The translations under genes were made by a program, and so were the position numbers. DNA of 29,707 bases, from the IMG/VR virus record IMGVR_UViG_3300031519_000149, positions 1-29,707 of that record. One strand, 5' to 3'. Of this stretch, positions 16,199 through 28,000 are shown in pieces. The notes beneath the pieces were generated by a model, which saw nothing but the letters and a program-made list of their open reading frames with translations, had not been told where the DNA came from and searched no databases. The first letter of the stretch is position 1. Every line of letters begins with the position of its first letter. The DNA is from a virus. Its lineage: Duplodnaviria; Caudoviricetes.

Positions 16199-18185
16199 TC
16201 CAATTACAACTGCTTCAAAAGATACCTTAAATTCTATAGGGCAAGGAGCAAAATCAGCATTAGCGAGTACGTTGTCAGGCGGAACTGGTGGAATTACTAA
16301 AGCACTAGACACATTAGGTAAAGTAGAAATGCCTAGTCTTCCTGGTTTGCCTGATATTAATCTTGCTGGTAAGTTTGATGCTGATCTTGGTGCGGCGGCA
16401 TCATCTTTTAGATCAATTACAGCAACATTTAAACCTCTCGAAGTTGGAGTGCCACAAGATTTAGGAGCAATAGCAGAAAAAATTGCAGGAGATGTGACAG
16501 CCGCGGCTGAAGGCGTAACTGGTGGAGACTTGGCATCGTTGAGTGTGAATACTGGATTGGCAGAAAACGCCATTGCCGGTGCCAAAGATAAAGTTGCAAG
16601 TTTAGCTGGTTCAGCTACCAGTTTAGCAAACACTGGAAAATTAGCAACTGCGGCAAAAATTGTATCTAAAGGTGCTTCAGCAACAACTGCGGCAGTAGCG
16701 GCATCTGGTGTAAGCAATCTACCAGGCGGACAAAAAATTGCTGGTAGCGTAGTTGATAATGCAAAAGGTGTTTCAAACGCAGTGGCTGATGGGTTATCAT
16801 CAGTAACAGATCAAGTTGGTGGAATAGCGGCGGCGGCATTTTCTGGCAAAGACCCGAGTGCAGGAATTAAAGATTTGTTAGGAGACGCAGGTTCAAAACT
16901 TGGCGGACTATCAAGTAAGTTGTCAGGAGCATTAAGTCCTGGAGCGGCGGCGGCATTAGTAAGCGCCTTAGCATCACTAACATCAGGTGGTGGGGCAGTA
17001 CTTAAACTGCCTACAGTAGCATTAAACACATTTGGGACAAGAGAAAGTTTGTCGGGTTTAGTAGATAATGTATTAGGAAATCCACTAATACCTAGACCAA
17101 ATTTATTAGGCATTATACCTGATGATGCTCTTAGTGCTTTTAAATCTTTAAAATCTTTAAAAGCCAGTTTAGCAGAAAAAACTAAAACAGTCGCATCTGA
17201 AGAAAAGAAAATAGCAGGGAAACAAGCGAAATATGCAGAACTCTTATCTACGTTGCCAGCAGGTTCTCCAGAAATTGAAAAAGCAAAACAAGAATATGAA
17301 TCAGCAGTGAATTCACCAGCATATAAAAATGCTATCTTAGAAGCCAAAGCAGTCACAGAAGCGATTGGTAAAGGCATAGAGCCTGCTGTACAAGTAGCAA
17401 CACCGAGTAATCAATTCAGCAAACTAGAAGAACTTATAACAACAACAGCAGAAAATGAAGCATCAAACGCACTAAACAATGAAAGTAATTCTAATGCGGC
17501 GCCAGAATTAACACAACTAGTAGACCTAACAGATACATTTAATCCAATATTTGATGACGGTTTAAATACTTACTCAGTTGTAACAGACGAAGAAGTTGTA
17601 ATACCAGGCGGTGAAGCAGTAGTAGATAATACAGTAGACGGTGTTGTAGGTCCACCTACTGTACCACCTAATATTCCAGGTGGTGGGGGTGGCACAGGCG
17701 GCGGTTGTGTATTGCTAGATAGTTATATACCTTTAGTAGAATCTGAGATATTTAATGGCAGAGAAATTAAACAGGCTTATCAGTTAAGAGAAGGATATGC
17801 TATATCGTTAAACACAGCAGATGAAGAACTCAATACATACATTGGTTCAGTAGTATTCAATGTAGTAGATTTACAGCCATGTGTTCGCATTGAAACAGCA
17901 CAAGGCATCTCATTAAACTGTTCTACAACTGCTCCAATCTTTACTAAAGATTCAGAATTTATTGACGCACCGGACTTGATGAACAAGCAAATTCTATGTA
18001 TGAAAGATAACAAAGAGTTTTGGGACGAAGTTGTTTCAATTGAGAGTATAGGTGAGAAGTTCGTTGCTGTTATTAATGCTGGAGATACAGCATTCTGGGC
18101 AGGTGAGCAAGATGGATCTTATGTACTGCATCATAATGCCAACAAGTTCACAACTGATCTCTCTATTACTTGGAAGAAGAAATAA
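16185..18185 (+). CDS. Ala/Gly-rich putative virion protein with C-terminal Hint domain (likely start GTG at 16191)
   Basis: Overlaps the gp5 stop; AGGAGG at 16180-16185 suits the GTG at 16191. Low-complexity helical body, a coiled coil, then GGGGGTGGG|CVLLDS...VLHHN. Confidence 0.75.
   Translation: MEVANPITTASKDTLNSIGQGAKSALASTLSGGTGGITKALDTLGKVEMPSLPGLPDINLAGKFDADLGAAASSFRSITATFKPLEVGVPQDLGAIAEKIAGDVTAAAEGVTGGDLASLSVNTGLAENAIAGAKDKVASLAGSATSLANTGKLATAAKIVSKGASATTAAVAASGVSNLPGGQKIAGSVVDNAKGVSNAVADGLSSVTDQVGGIAAAAFSGKDPSAGIKDLLGDAGSKLGGLSSKLSGALSPGAAAALVSALASLTSGGGAVLKLPTVALNTFGTRESLSGLVDNVLGNPLIPRPNLLGIIPDDALSAFKSLKSLKASLAEKTKTVASEEKKIAGKQAKYAELLSTLPAGSPEIEKAKQEYESAVNSPAYKNAILEAKAVTEAIGKGIEPAVQVATPSNQFSKLEELITTTAENEASNALNNESNSNAAPELTQLVDLTDTFNPIFDDGLNTYSVVTDEEVVIPGGEAVVDNTVDGVVGPPTVPPNIPGGGGGTGGGCVLLDSYIPLVESEIFNGREIKQAYQLREGYAISLNTADEELNTYIGSVVFNVVDLQPCVRIETAQGISLNCSTTAPIFTKDSEFIDAPDLMNKQILCMKDNKEFWDEVVSIESIGEKFVAVINAGDTAFWAGEQDGSYVLHHNANKFTTDLSITWKKK
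17706..18137 (+). other. Hint (intein-like/BIL) domain, 144 aa, no homing endonuclease
   Basis: Starts with Cys (CVLLDSYI), has block B-like VRIETAQGISLNCSTTAPI and block F-like VVSIESIGEKFVAVI, and ends in HN followed by Ala. Confidence 0.8.
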
Positions 18186-18192
18186 CATAGGA

Positions 18193-18200
18193 TATAAATA
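18193..18200 (+). promoter_or_regulatory. Late promoter TATAAATA, 5 nt upstream of the gp25 ATG
   Basis: Exact T4 late consensus in the 20-bp intergenic gap. Confidence 0.75.
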
Positions 18201-18205
18201 GAAGT

Positions 18206-18661
18206 ATGGCAACATTTATAGGATTTTCAACAATAGGCGCAGATAAACCGAGAACGGTGAATCCTTTGCCTGTAAGTGCGACTGGTGTAAACAATGGTAT
18301 TACAGATCCTACAGTTTTTGGTAAAAAATTTAAACTCATAGATGAACAATTAGTCATACAAGATTTTGTCAACGCTTTAAACATCCGTAAAGGGGAAAAA
18401 GTTGGACAACCTGATTACGGCACTACTCTCTGGGACTTTGTGTTTGAACCAAATACTGCTGATGTTTCACAAGCATTACAAAATGAAATAAGACGAGTCT
18501 CAAGTTTAGATAGTAGAATTAACATTAACACAATAAGATCATATCAGAGAGAAGAAGGTATCTTAGTTGAAGTTCAATTATCTATTAATCCTTTTAATAA
18601 TCCTGGGGATATAGCAATCGTTTTTAACCCAGACACGAACGCCGCAACACTCTCTTTTTAA
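18206..18661 (+). CDS. gp25: Baseplate wedge / sheath initiator, T4 gp25 (GPW)-like (151 aa)
   Basis: N.L.IRKGEKVGQPDYGTTLWDFVFEP...EIRRV...D.RI motif; directly precedes the gp6-like gene. Confidence 0.9.
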   Translation: MATFIGFSTIGADKPRTVNPLPVSATGVNNGITDPTVFGKKFKLIDEQLVIQDFVNALNIRKGEKVGQPDYGTTLWDFVFEPNTADVSQALQNEIRRVSSLDSRININTIRSYQREEGILVEVQLSINPFNNPGDIAIVFNPDTNAATLSF

Positions 18662-18681
18662 TAAAAAACCCTGGTTTTCCA

Positions 18682-18693
18682 TAAAGATAAATA
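18682..18693 (+). promoter_or_regulatory. Late promoter TAAAGATAAATA for gp6 and the giant gene
   Basis: 12-bp exact match to 10871-10882; followed by SD AGGA and the ATG at 18713. Confidence 0.65.
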
Positions 18694-18712
18694 CTCTTAA
18701 CAGGAAACAACT

Positions 18713-21700
18713 ATGGCAACAAGTTCACGTCAATCGAGTCTATTTGGGGTAAATGATTGGAAAGCAATCTATCAAACCTTCTCACAGGCCGATTTTAGAA
18801 GTTACGATTACGAAACACTAAGAAAGAGTTTCATCGATTACCTTCGTCTATATTACCCTGAAAATTTTAATGACTATGTAGAAAGTTCAGAGTTTATTGC
18901 TCTACTTGATGTCATGTCGTTCATGGGTCAAGGACTTGCGTTCAGAAACGATCTAAACGCCCGTGAGAACTTTATAGATACTGCTGAACGTAGAGACTCA
19001 GTTGTTAAACTTGCTAACTTAGTAGGCTATACACCTAAAAGAAACAATTGTGCTTCTGGATATATGAAAGTGCAAACAATCAGAACAACTGAAAACATTA
19101 CAGATGCAAACGGTGTTAACTTAAGTAATATACCAGTCACTTGGAATGATCCAGGCAATGTTAATTGGTTAGAGCAAATGAACACAATTATCAATGCTAC
19201 TCTCATCGATACACAGCGAATTGGTAATCCAGGAAACACGACTGATATTCTTGGGGTCAACACAAGTGAATACGCAATTAATTTACCAGCAAACACTTTG
19301 CCAATTGTGCCCTTCGTATCTCAAGTAGATGGCACTTCAATGAACTTTGAATTAGTAAGTGCTACCGCACTTGATAAAACATACGTATATGAAATTCCAC
19401 CAGCACCGACTGGTCGAATGAACATGTTATATAGAAATGATAGATTAGGGTTTGGTTCACCAAACACTGGGTTCATGTTTTACTTTAAACAAGGTACTTT
19501 ACAAAATTCTACTACTACGTTTCAACAACAAATAGCAAACGAAACATATGATATTGGTATCAACGGTGTCAACAACACTGATACATGGTTGTATCAAGTC
19601 AACGCAGACAGCACATTAACATCTTGGGAAGAAGTAGAGAATGTCTACGCAGACGCATATTTACAAACAGAATCTAGTAGCAAAAAAATCTTCTCTGTAA
19701 CATCACGTGCTAACGATCAAGTCACTTATGTCTTTGGAGACGGAGTGTTTTCAGAAATTCCTGTAGGTAGTTTCAGAGCCTATGTGCGTGGTAGTAACGG
19801 CTTAACTTACACAATAGAACCTTCAGAAATGAACGGTGTGTCTGTAACTATAACTTATCTAAGTAGAACAGGCAAAACTGAAACTCTTAGTATTCAATTA
19901 GGATTGCCTTTAACAGTTTCTAACGCACAAGCAAGAGAACCAATTGCACAAATTAAACAAAGAGCACCAACAAGATACTATACACAAAATCGTATGGTTA
20001 ACGGAGAAGACTACACAAACTTCCCATACACACTTTATAGTTCAATCATTAAAAGTTCTGCGATTAACAGAAGTTCAATTGGTGTTTCTAAAAACTTAGA
20101 CTTACTTGACCCAACTGGTAAGTACTCAAGTACAAACTCTTTCGGAGATGACGGAGCATTGTACCAAAATTCTGCTGACGGCTTTTTAACATTACAAGTA
20201 AACAATACATCAGACATTATTCAATTCTTTACAGATGATTTAGCATCAGTACTTGCTTTAAATCGTGCTAATCAATATTATATTCAAAATTATACACGTT
20301 ATGCGTATCCAGGAACAAGTAGTGGTAGTACTTTATATTGGAAAACAAGTTCAGTAGATTCATCAAGTGAATCTGGTTATTTTTATACATTGTCTGGTAC
20401 TGTAGAAACACCAGAACCATTGGGCATCTTTACAACAACGAACGCAAAATACGCAACAACAGGTGCTATTGTAAAATTAACAGCTCCAGCCGGATTTTAT
20501 TTTGATAGTAATAATCGTCTTATAGAAGGTATACCAAGTGCGAGTGAAAAGAATTACATTTGGTCAACAATATTAAATGTTGTCGGAGATGGTAACAACT
20601 CTGGGCAGGGTTCGTTTGCTAACGGTAAAGGACCAGTCACTCTTAATGGATTTGTCCCTGACACTGTAACTCTAACAGAGATTATTCCTGTCTTTGATAA
20701 TTCTTTGTCAACAGTTATAATACAAGAAGCAATTCTTAAAATTGAATTACAACAAGACTTTACTTTAATCTTTAATAATTCATTATTGATTAACCAAGAA
20801 CGTTGGTCAATTGGTGCGCCTACAGCAACTAATTACTTTGTCAAGTTTACTAGTTTAGGAAACAATCGTTATACAGTAACTTACAGATCACTTACATACT
20901 ATTTCGGTAGTGTTGCTGATACACGATTTACTTTTAGTAAGAATGAATTAGTATACGATCCGTTTACAGGTAAAATTATACAAGACTTTATTAATGTACT
21001 TGGCATCAACACACAATTCGGAAAAACTACTGCTTTAGGAGCAGACACAAAAGTTAATATATTAGGACAAACAGTTGAATCAGATGGTTATGTAAACGAC
21101 TTTCAAGTTGAAGTTGCGGCAACTGATGTTAATAACTCAACACTTATTTTAGATCCAGACTTCTTTAATGATGTAACTGGTTACGTAAATAATGGTGCGA
21201 ATATAGGATTGTACGTGTTCTTTAGAACTGTTACAGATCCTATTAACTTAACAAGACAATTAATTGTTCCAAGTACAGATGTGAATTACGTTTATGGAAC
21301 AAAAGCACAAATTGAAACTGTCAAATATGAATTTGCTGTAGGACAATTATTCTATGCATACTCAGAAAACAAATTTTATAAAACAATACAAGATCCAACT
21401 ATTACGACACCATTTTATATTGTGACATTACAAACAGATTATTCAGTCCAATCAGGTCGTCAAGGATTAGATTATCAGTATAGACACAATGCTAATAACA
21501 CAACACGTATTGATCCAGCAACTACAAACATTATTGATTTGTATATAGTAGCACAAGCATATTATACAGCATATAAGAATTGGATACAAGACACTACTGA
21601 TACTGTAACAAAACCAACACAACCAACATTGAATGAACTACAATCAGATTATCCATTAATAGATAATTACAAAATGTTGTCAGATAGTGTAATATTAAAC

Positions 21701-22078
21701 AGCGTTACATTTAAGCCGTTGTTCGGTGCTAAAGCAGATACTTCTTTACAAGCAACGATTAAGGCTGTAAAATCAACAACGACAAATGCTTCTGATAGTG
21801 AAGTAAGAAGTGCTGTATTATCAGCAATGGATACTTACTTTAACATTGATAACTGGAACTTTGGTGATACTTTCTTCTTTTCAGAATTGAGTGCGTACTT
21901 ACATGAAACAATTGGTGACTTAGTTAGTTCAGTTGTTCTTGTATCAAATAATCCAGAAAAGTTATTTGGTGATTTGTATGAAATTAAATGTAGGCCTTAT
22001 GAAATATTTGTAAACGCCGCCACAACAAATGATGTTGTTATCGTAGCCGCTTTAAGCCCGGCCACATTACAGTCTTAA
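18713..22078 (+). CDS. gp6: Baseplate wedge subunit, T4 gp6-like (1121 aa)
   Basis: DYETLRKSFIDYLR..YPE.FNDY.ESSE..ALLD, ENFIDTAERRDSVVKLA...GYTPKR, FGDGVFS.IP and APTRYYTQNRMVNGEDY are gp6/gpJ-family motifs. Confidence 0.9.
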   Translation: MATSSRQSSLFGVNDWKAIYQTFSQADFRSYDYETLRKSFIDYLRLYYPENFNDYVESSEFIALLDVMSFMGQGLAFRNDLNARENFIDTAERRDSVVKLANLVGYTPKRNNCASGYMKVQTIRTTENITDANGVNLSNIPVTWNDPGNVNWLEQMNTIINATLIDTQRIGNPGNTTDILGVNTSEYAINLPANTLPIVPFVSQVDGTSMNFELVSATALDKTYVYEIPPAPTGRMNMLYRNDRLGFGSPNTGFMFYFKQGTLQNSTTTFQQQIANETYDIGINGVNNTDTWLYQVNADSTLTSWEEVENVYADAYLQTESSSKKIFSVTSRANDQVTYVFGDGVFSEIPVGSFRAYVRGSNGLTYTIEPSEMNGVSVTITYLSRTGKTETLSIQLGLPLTVSNAQAREPIAQIKQRAPTRYYTQNRMVNGEDYTNFPYTLYSSIIKSSAINRSSIGVSKNLDLLDPTGKYSSTNSFGDDGALYQNSADGFLTLQVNNTSDIIQFFTDDLASVLALNRANQYYIQNYTRYAYPGTSSGSTLYWKTSSVDSSSESGYFYTLSGTVETPEPLGIFTTTNAKYATTGAIVKLTAPAGFYFDSNNRLIEGIPSASEKNYIWSTILNVVGDGNNSGQGSFANGKGPVTLNGFVPDTVTLTEIIPVFDNSLSTVIIQEAILKIELQQDFTLIFNNSLLINQERWSIGAPTATNYFVKFTSLGNNRYTVTYRSLTYYFGSVADTRFTFSKNELVYDPFTGKIIQDFINVLGINTQFGKTTALGADTKVNILGQTVESDGYVNDFQVEVAATDVNNSTLILDPDFFNDVTGYVNNGANIGLYVFFRTVTDPINLTRQLIVPSTDVNYVYGTKAQIETVKYEFAVGQLFYAYSENKFYKTIQDPTITTPFYIVTLQTDYSVQSGRQGLDYQYRHNANNTTRIDPATTNIIDLYIVAQAYYTAYKNWIQDTTDTVTKPTQPTLNELQSDYPLIDNYKMLSDSVILNSVTFKPLFGAKADTSLQATIKAVKSTTTNASDSEVRSAVLSAMDTYFNIDNWNFGDTFFFSELSAYLHETIGDLVSSVVLVSNNPEKLFGDLYEIKCRPYEIFVNAATTNDVVIVAALSPATLQS

Positions 22079-22092
22079 GGGACTATTAAACT

Positions 22093-25000
22093 ATGGCAAG
22101 AATAAGAACACTACAGTTTTTACCAGAGATATTTAAAACCTCAACCAATGCTCAATTCTTAGGAGCAACACTTGACCAGTTAGTTAATGATCCTGTAACA
22201 ACAAAGTTACAAGGATATGTAGGTAGTAAATTTGGTTACGGTGTTAACGCAAAAGACTACTATGTTACTGAACCAAACGCAACTCGTACTGATTATCAAT
22301 TAGCGCCTGGTGTTGCTTTTCTAAATGAAAATCAAGCATCAGCAAAAGACTTCTTAAGTTACCCTGAGTTAATCGATGCTCTTAAATTATCAGGCAGTGT
22401 TGTCAATGACAATGATCGCTTATTTAAGAGTGAGTTCTATTCATGGGACTCGTTTACAAATTTAGATAAACTTATAAACTTTAATCAATACTACTGGATA
22501 CCAGAAGGTCCTCCAGTCGTGGCAGTTTCATCAGCAATAGTATTTTCCGAAACTGATTATGTTATAACTGATACAGCAAATGCCTACAACATTCGTCCTC
22601 AGAGTTCAGCAACTGGTACACTTAATCCTACTCTTACATTGTTGCGTGGTGGAACATATCGTTTTGCTGTCAACCAAGAAACTCAGTTTTGGATTCAAGG
22701 TGTTCCAGGTATCACTGGATTAGACGGAGCACAAAACACAAGAAACATATTAGGTGTTAACAATAACGGAGCATCGCAGGGTTATGTTACGTTTACAGTG
22801 CCTCAACGAAACGCACAAGATCAATATCTTTTTCCAGGAAACAACACAGTAGATGTCGTAAGTACTAAACTTTTTTCCGAAATTAATGGACAAACATTAT
22901 CTACTATAGGTAACATAGACGGTGTCACATCACTTGAAAATCTTACTGTTATGTTCTATAATACTGAAGAGCCAAATGAAGTAGGCTTTGTACAATCGTT
23001 CTTTGATGAGAACGGAGCAAACTATGATGTGAATTTAACATCTACTAGTATCGTAGCACCAGTAACATTAGCAATTACTGAAACAACTGCAGACGCTATT
23101 ATTACATCTGGTTCAACAGCAGACTTGTTTCTTAATCAAACTGTAACATTTACACAACCAGATGGTACTCCATTATTAGGTGGATTAGATGTTGATATTA
23201 TATACTATATTAAGGAAATTGTCAATGCCACAACATTTAGAATTTCAGCACAGTTAAATGGTCCCGCTTTAACGTCATTGACTCCAGAAACTGGAACAAT
23301 GAATGCGAACATCAACGAAGGTCTTTTTGAAGAAGGTTTCTATACAAACGTTAGTGAAAACTTTTACACAATTACATATGTTGGAGATGTTACTAACCCA
23401 ACTATTCGTTTAATACCAGCAAATGTAATTCCAACTGAAGAAAAGATTACAACACAATTTGGTACTGACTATATAGGTTTAGATTTTTATCGTAATGAAT
23501 TTGGTGTTATTTTAGAAATTCCATACTTGTCAGCATTACTAGATACATTATACTACCAAGATGGAACAAACACAAACAAAGTAGGATCAATTAGATTAAT
23601 TGAAAGTAATTTAACAAACACTTTAAATGTAGACGAAGATGTCATAGGCAAGAAAACATTTAAATCAACAAATGGTGTTGAGTTTACTAATGGACTTAAA
23701 GTTGAGTTTCAAGGTGATATTGTCCCTAGTAGTTACTTGTCAGGAGAATACTATGTTGAAGGTGTAGGAGAAGCAATACAACTTATACCAACGACTGACT
23801 TAACAGTCCCAGAAGATTTTACTGGCACAGAGTTTATTCCTTATGACACATTAAATTATTCAATCGGTAACTTTGACGTTGAACTGTTTATACCTATTGA
23901 CGAAGACTACATTACTATTGCGAGAAACGCAATTAATAAAAACGCATGGTCACGATCTAATAGATGGTTTCATATTGATGTCATCCAAGCATCTGCTGAT
24001 TATAATGATAACCCAACTATCATTACTACATATGCTACAGGAAAAAACAAAGCAAAACGACCTATAATTGAGTTCTATCCAAATCTAAAACTATTTGATG
24101 CTGGTACAGAAGCAAAAGCTCCAGTTGACTTTGTAGATACTAGAACAACAAACGCATTTGCACAAGTTGCGAATCAACAAGCATACTATCCAGATATAGA
24201 ATCATACACAACATACAACGCAACGATAGCGGCAGCCACAGCGGCTACGACTACAACAATAACAACTGCGACAGCTAATATTACTAAGCCGTTCCAAGTT
24301 GGTCAGTCTGTTGCTGATTCAACAAATCTATTGCCAAGAAACACAACGATCACAGCAATTAATGTTACTGGTATCAATACTGTTTTAACTGTGGTATGGG
24401 ATACTGCTTCTACCTTTATAAGTACATCTGTAGCATCTATTGTCGGTAGTGATACAAATGTTAATAACTATCAATTGTTTTCTGGAGCAAGAGTTGTTTT
24501 TACAGCAGACACTGATTCGCAAGTTAAAAACAAGATTTATGTCGTTGGTTTCTCAACGATTACTCCTGGTTCAACACCTATAATTACATTGTCAGAAACA
24601 GTAGACTCACCAGTCTTAGTTGATAATCAAACTGTTGCTCTTCGTGGATATTATAATCAAGGTTCTACTTTCTGGTTCGATGGAACAGCATGGGAAGAAG
24701 GTCAACAAAAACTGACAGTCAATCAAGCACCGTTGTTTAATGTCTATGATAAGAATGCTGTATCATTTGGTGATGCTACAATCTATCAAGGTACATCTTT
24801 CTTAGGTGATAAACTTTTTGCTTACGGTAAAGGTACTGGAACAAACGACCCTGTATTAGGTTTCCCTGTTCGTTATTCTGATATTGTCAATCAAGGTGAT
24901 ATTAGTTTTGATGTTTCATTAAACATTGATACGTTTTCTTACGTAACAGGTACAACACCAGTTACTACAAAAGTAAACACAGGTTATGTGTACAATTATG

Positions 25001-28000
25001 ATACACGTATCACAAAAACACGTGAGTTAGGTTGGCAAACAGCACTTGCCCCCTCAGTTCAATATCAAATATTTGAACTAGAATATACTAAAGGGACCAC
25101 AGCCAAATTTACGTGTGATGTAGCAGTTATACCGGAAGACGCAACTGTCACTGCTAAATGGCCGAGTGTACAAGTTTATGTCAATAATGTTTATCAATTG
25201 CCTACTGAGTACACAGTCACATCAACTGATACGTCTACTATAGTAACATTGAATACTGCTCCAACAGCAGACACTCCTATACAGATTTTAGTATTAAGTA
25301 ATCAAACATCGGCTACTGCTTATTATAGCATACCTATTAATTTAAGCAATAACCCGTTTAATGAAAATTTACAAACAGCAGACATTGGTGACATTAGACA
25401 ACAATACCAAGATATTTTTATTAACAACCCATCTTCGACTGGTGTTGTTTTTGGTGCCAACAACTTACGAGACTTAGGCAATCTTGTACCTTATGGTACA
25501 AGCATTATTCAGAATTCTGCGGCACTTGTATTGCCAAGTATTTTCTTGCGTAAGTCTGAACACAATTTATTCAATGCGTTACAATTTAACTCACAGCAAT
25601 ACGTAAACTATAAACAATTAATTGTCAAAACTGTTAATGACATAAATTGGTCACAAAGATTTAGTCCAAGTTATATATTAGATACAGCACTTGATCAAAT
25701 AGTCGCCTCAAAATCTGAAGGAGCATCATTCTTTTGGAGTGACATGTTGCCCTCACAATCTCCTTATAAGACGAACACTTATACATTTGCGAATGCACTA
25801 CAAGAATCAATTTATCCGTTATCACAAACATATGATTTTACACAAGCAAACTATAATAGTGTTTTAGTTTATTTAACTAGAACAATATCAGGTGTTACAA
25901 CAACTACGCAGTTAATTAAAGACACTGATTATACAGTATCAACTACAGCTCCTTCATTAACAGTTACGAAGTCATTGATTCCAAATGATCAAATAACAAT
26001 TAAAGAATACAATCAGACATATGGTTCATTTGTTCCGAATACTCCAACTAAGTTGGGAATGTATCCTAAATATCAACCAGCAGTTGTTTTAGACCCTAAT
26101 TATCAAACTCCTGTTTACATGCTAAGAGGACATGATGGATCATATACATCTCTATACACATTAGACTATACTCCAGCAACAGGACTTACAGACTTTAGAG
26201 ATCAAGCATTACTAGAATTTGAAACTAGAATTTATAATAACATTAAGTTAAGTACAATTGTTCCTATTCAAGCATATGAAGTTGTGCCAGGATTCTTCAG
26301 AGAGTCTACTTACTCAACTGAAGACTACTTAAAAATTTATAGTCAAAACTTCTTAAACTGGGTTGGACAAAATAGAATTAATTACAAAACTCAAAATGGT
26401 TACACACAAGCAAATGAGTTTAGTTGGAACTATTGGCAATCAGCAAACAAGTTAACAGAAACTCCAATTTTACAAGGTTACTGGAGAGGAGTATATGAAT
26501 ACTTCTACGGTACTTCACAACCAAACATTGCTCCTTGGGAAATGCTTGGGTTCTCAGAAATGCCATTATGGTGGACAGCACAGTATGGCGCGGCACCTTA
26601 TACGAGTGAAAACAGTATTATGTGGAATGATATTGAAGCAGGTATCATTTACAACACGGGTGGAACAACTAGTGTTACTGTTAAAGAATTAAAACGTCCT
26701 GGCTTAAGTAAAATTCTTCCAGTTGATGATCATGGGGATTTAAAATCTCCAATGCAGACTCTTGTAGGCAACTATGATAACAATTTATTTAAACGTGATT
26801 GGAAAGTAGGAGATGACGCACCAGCAGAGTTCTCATACAGAAGAAGTTCTTCTTACCCATTTGACTTAATGCGAATCTTTGCTTTAACTAGACCAGCAGA
26901 CTTCTTTAACTTAGGCGCTGACTTAGACAATTACAAGTATAACACAGAATTCAAACAATATCTAGTAGATGACAGAAGTCATTTAGATATTAGTGCGATC
27001 AAAGTTTATGGTAGCGGGACAGCAAAAACAAGTTATATTAACTGGGTAGTTGATTACGAAAAACAACAAGGAATTGACGCAACTACTACAATAACATCAT
27101 TGTTTAATAATGTTGATGTTCGTTTAATTTACAGACTTGCTGGTTTTAGTGATAAGACATTATTAAAATTCTTTGTAGAGAAAGTAACACCTAACTCAAA
27201 TAATTCATCATTGTTAATTCCAGATGAAAGTTATCAAGTATTGCTACATGATAATCAACCTAATGATCAAATTAAGTTTTCAAGTGTTGTTATTCAACTT
27301 GTTAATAATGGTTGGAGAGTATTCGGTAACTCACAGAGTCAAGCATTTTTTACTATTGATCAGCCTATTACAGGCTCAGGTACAACAAAAGTAACAGTTG
27401 ACGATTACTCAGTAAACATCGCTAACAAGTACACTACTAAAGATTCAGAAGAGAAAGTTATACCTTACGGTACACAGTTTTATACATTACAACAACTATC
27501 ACAATTCTTAGCAAGTTATGGTAGCTACTTAGTCCGTAAAGGTATGGTTTTCGATAACATTGAAAATTCTGTTGAACTTAATTGGGAATTGATGATTAAA
27601 GAATACTTGTATTGGGCACAATACAATTGGGAAACAGGGTCTATTATAACTGTTAATCCAGCCGCACAACAATTAAAAATTGAAAAAGAAAGTGACATTG
27701 TTCAGCCGTTGACAATTGAGCAAGAAAACTTTTTGTTAAATCAAAACTTATATCAAATTGCGATTAAAGATTTAAACATTGAAAGACTTGACACTAAATT
27801 TCAAGTTAAAACATTAAACGCCGGTGATGCGATGGCATACGGGCAGTTTCAATTAAGTAATATAGAACATGGCGTTGTTTTTGACAACAACACCTTGTTT
27901 AATGATGTCATCTATAATCTAGTTACTGGCTTAAGACAGAATCGTATTTACTTACGAGGCACTAAGACTGCTGATTGGAACGGTACATTAATGGCATCTG

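Noticed and set aside
17706-18137. Canonical mobile intein
   Set aside because: No +1 nucleophile, no homing endonuclease, and not inserted in a conserved enzyme motif; reported as a Hint cleavage domain instead.
10929-26692. Short minus-strand and alternate-frame ORFs in the baseplate operon (e.g. 16175-16717, 16811-17377, 23873-24067, 26495-26692)
   Set aside because: Shadows or off-frame ORFs nested inside long genes, with no independent evidence.
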